Shown one piece after another: positions 1 to 14,076 of a DNA stretch of 64,000 nt. Both the position numbers and the translations under genes were made by a program. The DNA comes from Octopus vulgaris (lineage: Eukaryota). The DNA lies in NCBI GenBank assembly GCA_951406725.2, contig OX597824.1:68882001-68946000 (forward strand). The letters are read 5' to 3'. Positions within the stretch are counted from its first letter, which is position 1. Each line of letters opens with the position of its first letter. Below the pieces are notes generated by a model that saw nothing but the letters and a program-made list of their open reading frames with translations, searched no databases and was not told where the DNA came from.

Positions 1-239
1 ATTTCAGGAACTGAAAAATGTTCCAGGGACAAGAAGTATGTTCGATGAGAAATCAGTCACAGAATATTTGCCTTTTAATATATTTTTCCTGTCTCAAACT
101 AACCAAAAGAGCTAAGCATGCGTTGCTTTCATTTTGTCATAACTTTCCGAGTCAGACTCTAGAAGTTAGACTCGAGAAGGATTTTCAACCGTGTTTCGTG
201 GTCTGCTATTACAACAGCTCCTTTATAGGATCCAGTTAG

Positions 240-600
240 CTCAAGACATCATGAGGAGGAACCACGACCGGTTTCGGCCCCTACCCCTCTACCGTTTTGA
301 CGTGGCGGGGCTTCCCTTTCGGCGGTGTCTTTAGCTTTGGTGTTGGGTGCGTGTCTTCTTTCTTCCTCTTTCTTCTGTTTCCTGGTCTCTTCGATGTAGC
401 GTCAACGAGTGTCCGCGGGCGACTGACTGTCCTGTTAAATTTCCCTTTAAAATATCTGCTGCTAGGCTCCAGCAGGCAGCCCCATCAAGTTGTCACGTGA
501 CACTGTCTCAACTTTAACTGACCAATGAAGGCGCGAAGTCTTAGCCCACGCATTCTCTAAACGAGACCGTCGCCTGTCAATCAGCGAGGCTAATTCACTG
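240..600. promoter_or_regulatory. Candidate Pol II promoter (CpG-enriched, E-box/CLEAR palindrome plus CCAAT box)
   Basis: Non-repetitive CpG-rich stretch; perfect 12-bp palindrome TGTCACGTGACA at 491-502 (contains GTCACGTGAC); TGACCAATGA at 519-528 (CCAAT 522-526); second CCAAT-like TGTCAATCAG near 575. Direction not determined. Confidence 0.45.
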
Positions 601-937
601 TCAGCTTGGAAACGAATGAAAACAAAACAACGAAGTAGATTAGAAACTGAAAATTACCTGTTTCGCATTTTCAAACATTTTCCCACGTAGCCAAGAATTC
701 GAGAAAAAAATATACAGGTTTTTCATTGACTACAATCATTATCAGAATGGAATGAATTAAAATATCTTAGTATTCTCCACTGGACTTTTTTTATGTTCAC
801 TGAAGTATGCTTCACTAAGTTTAGTCTGTTAAAGTCATTAGTTATGAATAAATAAAACTACTTTTATTCAAACGCTAACATTCATCAACATTTTCTATGG
901 CTATTAAATATGTAAAATTTTATTATAAAAATATTGA

Positions 938-1080
938 AGGCGGTGAGATATTAGAGTCGTTAGAGCGTTGGATGGAAACCGTGGTGGTGTTTATTCAGAA
1001 TCTCTACGATCTGAGTTCAAATCCGAGGTCAACTTTAACTATCGTCCTTTTGGAATCGATAAAAGAATGTACCAATCCAG
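938..1080 (+). mobile_element. Degenerate SINE family A copy
   Basis: GAGTTCAAATCC B-box followed by a diverged 'gaggtcaacttt...tcgataaa...gtacca' core. Confidence 0.6.
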
Positions 1081-1598
1081 CCGGTGGTTTTATAGAACGA
1101 CCAGAAGATTGAACGAGTGTCCTCTCTGTATGTAACCTGTTATTTTGCTTTCTGAGAGAAAGGCTTGAGACAGCACGATGGTAAGCTGTATCGGCCCATG
1201 CGGGCAACCTTTCTCTTGGATAAAAGACATCGAATGTGTGTAGAAAGGGTCACTTTGATGGGCAACAACCAGTCTTGCGCAAGAATTTTACCCAGCCTGT
1301 ATATATATATATATATATACAGGTTATACAGGTTATAGGAACATAAATCTTCTTCCACGAAAACATAGCTTAAACTGTACTTTAAATGGAGGTGTAGTCA
1401 AATCCTATTTTATAGACTCAACCATGTTCTAAAATAAGTCGAAATGTAAGCTACTATACATCGGCATGAACTTTCCAGACAACCCAGTAGAAAATTAGAA
1501 CAGAAAAGTTAGCATAAAAAGGTTTGAGACTCCGGTATCTCTTGATGGTAATGAATATATTTTAATGAATATATTTTAAATCAATATTAATAAGCACA

Positions 1599-1790
1599 AG
1601 GCAGCGAGCTGGCAGAATCGTTAGTACGCCCACCAAAATGCTTAGCGATATTTCGTTGGTCAGAGTTCAAATTTCACCGAGGTTGACTTTGTCTTTTATC
1701 CTTTCGGGTCGATTAAAATAAGTGTCGATGTAATTGACAATCCCCTCCCCAGGAAATTGCTGGCCATGTGTCAAAATTTGAAAGCAATAT
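1599..1790 (+). mobile_element. tRNA-derived SINE family A
   Basis: A-box-like GAGCTGGCAGAATCGTTAG, B-box GAGTTCAAAT, core 'gaggttgactttgtcttttatcctttcgggtcgat'. Confidence 0.8.
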
Positions 1791-1996
1791 TATATAAGCA
1801 CAGGGATAGCTGTGTTATTGAGAGGCTTGCTTTGCAAATATGTGATTCTGGGTACTGCATGGCACTTTGGGTGTATGCCTCCTACTGTAGCCCCGAGTTG
1901 CCTGGAGAAAGAATTTGGTGGGCGGAAACTCGTCATGGCGGCGAACTAGAAGACATGCCGGCGAGCTGGAAGACATGGCGGCGAGCTGGAAGACAT

Positions 1997-2232
1997 GGCG
2001 GCGAGCTGGCAGAAACGTTAGCCTGCCGGGCGAAATGCTAGCCGTATTTCGTCTGGCGTTATGTTCTGAGTTCAAATTCCGCCGAGTTCGACTTTGCCTT
2101 TCATCCTTTCGGGGTCGATAAATTAAGTACCAGTTACGCACTGGGGTCGATGTAATCGACTTAATTCCCTTGTCTGTCCTTGTTTGTCCCCTCTATGTTT
2201 AGCCCCTTGTGGGCAAAAAAAAAAGAAACTTA
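1997..2232 (+). mobile_element. tRNA-derived SINE family A, full length, nested in a family B SINE (halves ~1800-1930 and ~2460-2640)
   Basis: ggcggcgagctggcagaaacgttag head, GTTCAAATTCC B-box, core 'gactttgcctttcatcctttcggggtcgataaattaagtacc' (resembles the Meta-SINE central domain), A-rich tail. Confidence 0.88.
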
Positions 2233-2268
2233 AGAAAGACGCCATGTCATTCTATCTATCTATCTATG

Positions 2269-2307
<39 letters not shown>

Positions 2308-2342
2308 TTATCTCCCACTCTCTTTCTGTGTGTGTGTGTGTG

Positions 2343-2394
<52 letters not shown>

Positions 2395-2789
2395 TATATG
2401 TGTATGTGTGTGTGTGTGTGTGTATGTATGTATGAATGTATATATACACATGTATGTGTGTATGTGTCTTTGTATTTGTTCTCACACTACTTGACGACCA
2501 GTGTTGGTTCGTTTCCGTCCCTGTAATATAGCGGCTCACCACAATAGACGCTCGAATAAGCAACAGAATTAGAGAAATAAATATTGGAGTCGATTCGTAC
2601 CGGTATGGACGCCGTCCAATGACTGATACAAGTAAAAGATTTCATACGTGTATTTTTTAGAATCTTTGAAAGTTGAGGATGACGCTCTGAAATATGTTAA
2701 AGACCACCAATCTAGGAATAATTTATCCAAAGCGATCTCTTTTATTTGTTGATTTATTTATTTATTTATCTTTTATCTTTTATATTTTA

Positions 2790-3213
2790 TTTTGTGTCAG
2801 TCATTACACTGCGACCATGCTGGGGCACCGCCTTGCATAATTTTAGTCAAACGAGTCGACCCAAGTCCTTGTTTTCTGTTTGAAGCCTTGTAAATTATTC
2901 CATTGGTCACTTTTTGCCGAAACGCTATATGACGGGGACGTAAACAAACCAACATTAGTTGTAAAGTGTTAGTGGGGGACAAACACAGACACAAGGATAC
3001 ACACACACATACACACACACATACATACACACACACATACACACATACACACACACGGGTCTTTTTCAGTTTCAGTCTATCAAATCCACTCACAAGGCTT
3101 TGGTCGGCCCGAGGCTATAGTTGAAGATACTTGCCCAAAGTGCCACGCAGTGGGATTGAACCCAGAACCATGTGGTTGGTAAGCAAGCTGCTTACCACAC
3201 AGCCTCTCCTGAG
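2790..3213 (-). mobile_element. tRNA-derived SINE family B (CORE-like, internal microsatellite)
   Basis: Reverse complement of the family B copy at 8696-9138, including the CORE-like 'ttgggcaagt' segment. Confidence 0.85.
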
Positions 3214-3657
3214 CCTGTTGATGTTCCTTTCGTTGTTCTTATCTTGTTTGTGTAACCACAAGTTGGCCCAGAATAAGCAAACGTAGAATGCAAAGTCATA
3301 CTTAATAACAACTGACATCAACTAACCAGCATATTTTAGTATATTTTCAGCCAATGTGCATCTCGGGTTACATTACCAAACGTATTCACTCGTACACTCT
3401 TTTTGAAACGGCAGAGCGACGAGATATTGGAGGAAATAAGGCTGCTGTTTCTAGCAGAAGCGAATGATTACCAAGAGGTTTTCTAGAAATAGTTTATATG
3501 GAGTCCACAATATAACTTCAAGTCATCCATTAAAAATAGATGAGTCATACAGTTGACTGGCACCATTGCTTTTAATGTGAAACCCTGCTGGGTTCATTGT
3601 TTAGCAGGATACTAAACGAACCAAGTGCTTAACATATATTTATTATTTTTTATTACA

Positions 3658-3702
3658 TTAATAATAATAATGATAATAATAATGATAATAATAATAATAA
3701 TG

Positions 3703-3780
<78 letters not shown>

Positions 3781-4006
3781 TTGTTATAATAAAAGTTGTT
3801 GATGTAGATTGTAATCCCCGTTGTTATCATCGTTAAAAACACACCTACCCAGCCCAACATCATCAACACCATGATGATGATGATAATGATTATCATCATC
3901 ATCATCAGCAGCAGCAGCAGCACCTTACTAGTTTTCTTACTATTCACTTTTTGCAATCAGTACGCTCTTGCGCCTATGATTTTATTTAAAAGAATTACTA
4001 CTACTG

Positions 4007-4095
<89 letters not shown>

Positions 4096-4161
4096 ACTAC
4101 TACCACAACTACTACTACTACTACAACTACTACCACCACCACCACCACCACCACCACCACC

Positions 4162-4226
<65 letters not shown>

Positions 4227-4227
4227 C

Positions 4228-4291
<64 letters not shown>

Positions 4292-4428
4292 TTCAAAACG
4301 GCAGCAGTGGCAGTCGAAGTAGCATTGTTGTCATCATCAACATTGCCACCGTCGCGAACTTCATTGTCGTCATTTTCGTCGCCGTATTCTTCGTCGTCGT
4401 CATCGCCGTCGTTGTCATCATCATGATC

Positions 4429-4474
<46 letters not shown>

Positions 4475-4476
4475 CA

Positions 4477-4512
<36 letters not shown>

Positions 4513-4560
4513 TACAGTTGTTATATCCTTCATCATTGTTTATCCATATTGTTGTTGTTA
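3658..4560. repeat. Compound trinucleotide microsatellite (ATA, ACT, GCT, ACC, ATC)
   Basis: Directly visible tandem triplets; explains the poly-T/I/A/H ORFs. Confidence 0.95.
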
Positions 4561-4869
4561 TTACCACTCACTGACAGTTATTGTTATTATTTTTAGTAAT
4601 ACGGACCTTGACGCTTTATGTGGTTGTAGTTTTTCGCTTGAAATATTAGAATGGTCTCCAGGGACGTCTGTGAAGCAGAATAATTGATCAAAAACCATTT
4701 GAAAATGGCTTCTAATGACAGCAGCATTATGGCGAATAAGCAGACCAAATCTGATACTGTAGAAAGTTGTAAGCAGAAAAATTATTAATTAGAAAACTTT
4801 CTGGAGACGTGTCCTCATAAACAATCAAATGGAGATGTGTGGTCTGTAAGCATATTTGTATCATCCATT

Positions 4870-6600
<1,731 letters not shown>

Positions 6601-7009
6601 ATGTAATGAATCCGTGTTTCTAGCAGGGATGTGTGGCTAAATTGCACATATTATCATCACCCTAAAATTCAATTATTCCAATTCACAATTCACTGATCCA
6701 GTTTTGTTTAACTTCACGCGAAGAAATATTACAATCGCTGTCAACATAATTATAACACTCTCTTTCGCTTTTCTTTTTTCATATTTAATGGTTAAATTCC
6801 GAAGTTTGGGCACACACTATGGCGACTTACGCATAGAGAAAGAATAGTTTAGTGGTGATGCGTGTGCAGCAGGTCTTCTCCAGGGATCGTGTATGCTGGT
6901 TCGAATTTGGCTGTCGAAAATAGCATGATGTTTGTATGTGTGCGTGCGTGTTTATCCATATGTGTATGTGTGCTGCCTATATTTGTGAATGTGTGTGTAT
7001 ATGCGTGCG

Positions 7010-7275
7010 TGCGCACTTAATCGGTAATCCGTCGGTTACGACGATGAAAGCCTCAGCTGATCCGGTCAACAGGACAGCCTGCTTGTGAAATTTGCGTGCC
7101 AGTGGCTGAGTACTCCACGCATAAATAAGCGTACCCTTGTCGTAGTGCCCAGGAAGATTCAGCATGATAGAGAATGTGACAAGGGTGACCCATTACAGAT
7201 CACTTCCGCCAGCTGAATGGACTGGGGGAACATGTAATGAAGAGACTTGCTCAAGAACACAACACACAGCCGTGG
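7010..7275 (-). mobile_element. SINE family E copy
   Basis: Reverse complement of the 3' segment at 9540-9693 (...aatttcacgagcaggctgt...gtcgtaaccgacgga). Confidence 0.7.
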
Positions 7276-7606
7276 TTCAAATTTGGCTGTTGACAATAGC
7301 GTGATGTTTGTATGTGTATGTATGCGTATGTATGCGTATGTGTGTGTAATGCCTGTATTTATGAATGTGTGCGTATGTATATGTGTGCGTGCGCATGCGT
7401 GCACGAGTGTGTGCGCTTGTGTGTGTGTACGTTTACATACACCCTTCGCGCGCGCACACACACATACACACACACACACACACACACATTTGAATAAGGA
7501 ATAGAAAGTCGTTGGTACAGTATTATATATCTGAAAAAATGAATCGAAGTGGCTTTTTTAAAGTGGAAAAAGTATCAAAACAGCCTTTTCTATTCTTTGT
7601 TTTCAA

Positions 7607-7734
<128 letters not shown>

Positions 7735-8209
7735 AAGCGCAGGACCGGCTGTGTGGTAAGTAGCTTGCTTACCAACCATATGGTCTCGGGTTCAGTCCCA
7801 CTGCGTGGAACATTGAGATTGCCATGCAATAACTAGCACTTGGATATGAATATTATGGCATACTACCAGCAGTATATTGGATAGGTACTATCGCTTAGTT
7901 GGTTTCTCAACCTCTACCTCACACAGAAATATATTCTATCTCTTTTCAGTCTATCTCCCTCTCTTGTTCTTCCTTTCTTTTTTTCTCTTCCACCTTTTCC
8001 TTATTCTTCTCCTCTCCTCTTCACAGTTTCCTCTCTCTCACACTCACTCTTCCTCCTTGACTCTCTCGTTGCCCACACGTGACTAACGGCCATTTTTTCC
8101 CTTTCTTTCACTTCCTTCCTAAAGACAAGACGTATATGCATGTATATATACATATATATATGAGTATGTACATATATGTATGTATATATGCATATATTTA
8201 TATATCATT

Positions 8210-8257
<48 letters not shown>

Positions 8258-8695
8258 TAGCACACACGATGGACCGATATACAGTTTTTGTCAGTCAAAT
8301 TTAATAGTCAACCTGTAGCTATGGATATATGCTGCCAACGCAGGAGCTATAGGTACGTAAACCCTTCAGGCCGCCCTCATTAGATGCGCTGAAGCTAGCG
8401 GAAATAACAAGATATCATTGGAAAAGACTGGTTATAATTTTCAGAACCAGCAGAGACAACAACTGTGTTAAAAGTAAGTACTTTATGTTGTACCACATGA
8501 TGCTGAATGCAAACCGTGTCTGAAAGAGTTCAGCTACCTGTGGTGCATTAATCGTCATGTGGCGATAATCTGGTCATTACTACATGTCGTTATTGCTGAT
8601 TTGACATTGTTTGCATTGGGTAATCGAAATTCTTAAAGTATCGGATAAAATGTCCTGCAGTATTTGGATATCTCCTGGTTTTACATTCACATAAC

Positions 8696-8869
8696 AGGCG
8701 CAGGAGTGGCTGTGTGGTAAGTAGCTTGCTAACCAGCCACAAGGTTCCGGGTTCAGTCCCACTGCGTGGCATCTTGGGCAAGTGTCTTCTGCTATAGCCT
8801 CGGGCCGACCAATGCCTTGTGAGTGGATTTGGTAGACTGAAACTGAAAGAAGCCTGTCGTATATATGTG

Positions 8870-8900
<31 letters not shown>

Positions 8901-9138
8901 ATGTGTTTGTGTGTTTGTCCCCCTAGCATTGCTTGACAACCGATGCTGGTGTGTTTACGTCCCCGTCACTTAGCGGTTCGGTAAAAGAGACCGATAGAAT
9001 AAGTACTGGGCTTACAAAGACTAAGTCCCGGGGTCGATTTGGTCGACTAAAGGCGGTGCTCCAGCACGGCCGCAGTCAAATGACTGAAACAAGTAAAAGA
9101 GTAAAAGAGTAAAGAGTAAAGAGTAAAGAGTAAAGAGT
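8696..9138 (+). mobile_element. tRNA-derived SINE family B, full length
   Basis: GTGGCTGTGTGGTAAG A-box region, GGTTCAGTCCC B-box, CORE-like 'cttgggcaagtgtctt', internal (TA)(TG) tract, 3' tail (AGTAAAG)n. Confidence 0.9.
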
Positions 9139-9429
9139 CATTAAGGTCGTTGAGACCGATTTTCTCAATCAGTATTCAATGGGTAGCGAAACGAAGTAGT
9201 AAAGTAGCGCTGTTGGGATGGTACTGTTGGAGTTATAGACTGTCACTCTCGATATGAAACCACAAATACATATATGTACACAGGCTCACATACACATATG
9301 TATAAACGTACTCACATACACTAATCGCATTAGTGATGGCGGAACCCAGTCGTTCGTCGTTCGTCGTTCGACGACGAGGACTCAGTTTTACGATCAAGTG
9401 AATTACCTCCCTCTGAATCAATGTGTATG

Positions 9430-9693
9430 CAGTTCCGGCAGGGGATGGTGGTGATCCCTGCTGTACTCTTTCACCACAACTTTCTCTCACTCTTACTTCC
9501 TGTTTCTGTTGTACCTGTATTTCAAATGGCCGGCCTTGTCACTCTCTGTGTCACGCTGAATATCCCCGAGAACTACGTTAAGGGTACACGTGTCTGTGGA
9601 GTGCTCAACCACTTATACGTTAATTTCACGAGCAGGCTGTTCCGTTGATTCGGATCAACCGGAACCCTCGTCGTCGTAACCGACGGAGTGCTT
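9430..9693 (+). mobile_element. SINE family E (shares 'ccacaactttctctcactctt' with family D)
   Basis: Related copies at 7010-7275 (-) and 60725-60878 (+). Confidence 0.72.
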
Positions 9694-10151
9694 CGAAGTC
9701 CTTATGATGGCACTCAGGTAAAACCAATGTGAGACACCACTCTTAACCCCTCCCCGCCACAGGTTTGTGTGTGTTTGTGTGTGTGTGCGTGTGTGTATGT
9801 GTGTGTGTGTGTGTGTGTATTCTCTTTTCTTTTCTTTGTTTTGTTTCAGTTATTAGACTGTGCCTATACTGGATTACAGCTTTGGAGAATTTCGGTCGAT
9901 CCTAATACTACAACTTTTTAAAACCGTACTTGTTCTATCTGTCTCTTTTGGCTGAACCGCTATGTGAATGAGAAGTAAACACACCTGTCAGAGTCGTTCC
10001 TTGTGTTACTTGACCTGTTTTCCATTTGTTTCTCTCTTTCTTTGCGTATTGAACTCATTTGCTTTCGTATTTCATGTCGTTTACTGTTGGTGACGTCCTG
10101 CACCCATATATGCATTTGTGAGTGTATGTATATATATATGTATGTATATAT

Positions 10152-10432
<281 letters not shown>

Positions 10433-10779
10433 TGCATATATATATATATGTATTATTTATTTTATTATTTGATTGAATGCCACGTATCCATTTCCAAATA
10501 AGTTTATTTTTATCTTTTTGATGCGGCTCTACTCTATACTGTTTTTTCTCTTATTCCTCCCCTTCACCGTTTTCTATCTGCCTATCTGTCTGTCTATCTG
10601 CCTCTTTCTCTCTCTACATCTTTCTCCATTTCTCTCTCCTGTTGCTTACATGTGACCATCATCCATCTTTCTCTTCCTTATGTCATCACCTTTCTTTTCT
10701 TTCAGGACTTTCTTAAGGACAGCACTATCCTATCTCTCTCTTCTATCCTTTCTCTTGTCATTTTACTCCCTTTCTGGTC

Positions 10780-11055
10780 TAACGACCCTCCATGTTTGTT
10801 TTCGATTGGCCTCCTTGTATGTCTCCACTGTCCTGTTTTGGTTCCCAACTTTGACCCTCCATAAATCCCAAATTTTATTTTGGTGCTTATGGCAGTAATT
10901 GTTTTCGAAGACTCATATTGTCGTTCCGTGCTCGAAATGGGGAGTAGATAGACAGCTAACAACTGATGATGGGTCGTTTTTTATGTTACTGTCCTGTTTT
11001 CTATTTGTTTCTCTCGTTCTTTGCGTACTGAACTCATTTGCTTTCGTATTTCAAG
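10780..11055 (+). mobile_element. Non-coding repeat of probable Penelope affinity (family also at 9990-10110, 32995-33360, 33680-33975, 40340-40820)
   Basis: Close reverse-complement match to 33060-33290; carries the split hammerhead-like motif described in findings. Confidence 0.55.
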
Positions 11056-11057
11056 TT

Positions 11058-11381
11058 GGCGTATGGCTCAGTGATTGGAGTGTCGAGCTTACGAACGTGA
11101 GGTTGTGAGTTCGATTCCCCTGACCAGACTGCTTGTTGTGTTCTTGAGCATACACTTTATTCCACGTTGCTCCAGTTCACTTAGTTCTAGAAATGAGTTG
11201 CGATGTCACTGGTGCCAAGCTGTATTGGTATTTGCTTTTCCCTTGGATAATATCGGTGACGTTGAGAGGGGAGGCTTGTATGCATGGGGACTCCTGGTCT
11301 TCCATAAACAACCTTGCCCGGACTAGTGCCTCGGAAAGTAACTTTCTAGGTGCAATCACATAGTGATTCATGACCGAAGGT

Positions 11382-11385
<4 letters not shown>
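11058..11385 (+). mobile_element. tRNA-derived CORE-type SINE family C
   Basis: TGGCTCAGTG A-box, GAGTTCGATTCC B-box, CORE-like 'gttcttgagca..acactttat..gctccagttcact'; other copies at 55477-55806 and 63095-63405. Confidence 0.85.
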
Positions 11386-11417
<32 letters not shown>

Positions 11418-11549
11418 GGAGTAAACACATAAATGTGAAACAAGGTGGAAAAAAGAGTACTCAAATACCAGTGGTAGAGTAATATGCTTTATTTTAAGCA
11501 GCAGAAAATTCAACAAAATTTTGTTGAATTTTCTGCTGCTTAAAATAAA

Positions 11550-11641
<92 letters not shown>

Positions 11642-11670
11642 ATATGTATATATATATATGTATATATGTA

Positions 11671-11777
<107 letters not shown>

Positions 11778-11897
11778 TTATATATATATATACACACACA
11801 AGTGAGCACATAAGTGCAAGACATGGAGGAGAAAATAGTACTTAAATACCAGAGGTAGAGCAATATGCTTTTCATTAAATCTGCAAAACTATCACAG

Positions 11898-11939
11898 AAC
11901 TATTACTGAGAGTTTAACGTTCTCGTTCGTCGGACAGTT
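11898..11939 (-). ncRNA. Degenerate minimal hammerhead ribozyme-like fold
   Basis: Minus strand: aacugu-CCGACGA-acg(agaa)cgu-UAAA-cucucag-UA-auaguu. Stems I-III pair, but the core has U4C and G12U. Confidence 0.5.
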
Positions 11940-11963
11940 GTGATATATACATATGTATATGTA

Positions 11964-12021
<58 letters not shown>

Positions 12022-12037
12022 CTGATATATGTGTGTA

Positions 12038-12075
<38 letters not shown>

Positions 12076-12111
12076 CACACATACTGATATATGTGTGTAT
12101 CTATATATGTA

Positions 12112-12251
<140 letters not shown>

Positions 12252-12763
12252 TGTTTGTGTATGAAGGCGCGTGCCTTAGTGGTTAGGGCATTCGGCTATC
12301 GAGTAGTACCTGTATTTCAAAGGGCCTGCCTTATCCAGACTTTAATTCATATTCATACCAATAATAATTTGAGCACTAGGTTTTGTTAGCAAATGCTTAA
12401 AGAAGAATCTGAATAAACTGGGATTTTCAGAGAGAGAAATTCATCGGCCTACTCGTTCACTTCAAGTGCAATCTGTGAGTGGTACATTAAAAATATGCAA
12501 AACTTTTCTCAAGTTCCAAATGTGAATTTGTGTGTGTTAACTACATCCCAAAAGATGGAGCCTTTATCTTTGTTGGAAGCCGGCTCCCACATCAGTGGAA
12601 GATTTATAATAATTAGAAAATAGAAGAGACGTACATACATACATACATACATACATACATACATACATACATACATACATACATACATACATACATACAT
12701 ACATACATAGGTACGTATGTATGCATGCATACATATTGATTACACTATTTTCCTAGATGATTA

Positions 12764-13363
12764 TCTATTTCTTTATTACCCACAGAGGGCTAAACACAGA
12801 GGGGACAAACAAGGACAGACATAGGTATTAAGTCGATTACATCGACCCCAGTGCGTAACTGGTACTTAATTTATCGACCCCGAAAGGATGAAAGGGAAAG
12901 TCGACCTCGGCGGAATTTGAACTCACAACGTAATGCAGACGAAATACCTATTTCTTTATTACCCACAAGGGGCTAAACATAGAGGGGACAAACATGGACA
13001 GACATAGGTATTAAGTCGATTACGTCGACCCCAGTGCGTAACTGGTACTTAATTTATCGACCCCCGAAAGGATGAAAGGGAAAGTCGACCTCGGCGGAAT
13101 TTGAACTCACAACGTAACGCAGACGAAATACCTATTTCTTTATTACCCATAAGGGGCTAAACACAGAGGGAACAAACAAGGACAGACATAGGTATTAAGT
13201 CGATTACATCGACCCCAGTGCGTAACTGGTACTTAATTTATCGACCCCGAAAGGATGAAAGGGAAAGTCGACCTCGGCGGAATTTGAACTCAGAATGTAA
13301 CGGCAGACGAAATACCGCTAAGCATTTCGCCCGGCGTGCTAACGTTTCTGCCAGCTCGCCACC
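12764..13363 (-). mobile_element. SINE family A head-to-tail trimer flanked by a 15-bp TSD
   Basis: Three ~184-bp units with one tRNA head (13310-13363); TTTCCTAGATGATTA at 12749-12763 and 13364-13378. Confidence 0.92.
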
Positions 13364-13684
13364 TTTCCTAGATGATTACCGTCTCGCTGTCCCTTGTCTT
13401 TGTTGATGGTGTTTCTGATTTTCTGCCATGACCTCTGATCTGCATGGCTTGAAGGATTGGTCACAGCCGAATGTTGTAATTTACTGTATGCTTCCAATTG
13501 TTTGGTCTTCACATGTTGCCAGTCTTCTATCGTCATAAGACCTTAAGTAGAAGGAATGACAAATAAGGCCACCGTAGAGAGACAGCTGTACGTCATTGGA
13601 TTATAGCGATAAACGCTTGTACAACATGTGTCGCGCTCTCTGAGACTCCGTGATTAGCACCTAGTACGTATATAGAGAGGACAC

Positions 13685-13917
13685 TACTACTATGGCAATC
13701 CCTCAAGGTCGACGATGATGGTCTTCGTGCACATTTATTGGCGAGTCCGCAGGTGACTGATAAGACCAATTCTTGCTCGAAAAGATCGGTCACAGTGCGG
13801 ACATCTAGTGCCGGAAGGGAGAGTCGCACGTGGTTTTTGTTGGCGCTCCTTCCGTCGTCGTCTTTTCTCCTCCAGCTCTGCAGACCTTTTCGACTCGAAA
13901 TTCGCCGTTCCCTCATG
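13685..13917 (-). mobile_element. 5'-truncated RTE-clade LINE 3' end with 10-bp TSD
   Basis: Encodes ...EEKRRRRKERQ...CPHCDRSFRARIGLISHLRTRQ* (RTE C-terminal zinc finger), short 3'UTR, (TAG)n tail; GAGAGGACAC at 13675-13684 and 13918-13927. Confidence 0.88.
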
Positions 13918-14076
13918 GAGAGGACACACACATGTATTCACGTATGTATATCTAGAAATGGTTGCATATTGATGTATTTTATTATATATGGAAAAAAAAT
14001 GATCAAATATTACGTAAGTACCCAAAATTCGTGTTAATGTACATACAAGTATACATTCATATATACTTTTGTACTT

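Noticed and set aside
3871-4596. 241-aa ORF with poly-T/A/I/H and an apparent signal peptide (mucin-like)
   Set aside because: Almost entirely trinucleotide microsatellites that are open in several frames on both strands; no complex domain
8445-8473. Possible micro-exon (ttttcAG ... aaaa|GTAAGT)
   Set aside because: 29 nt, not frame-preserving, no recognisable peptide; such sites arise by chance in AT-rich DNA
12764-13363. Regularly spaced repeats superficially like a CRISPR array
   Set aside because: Whole units repeat with no unique spacers, no cas genes, eukaryotic context
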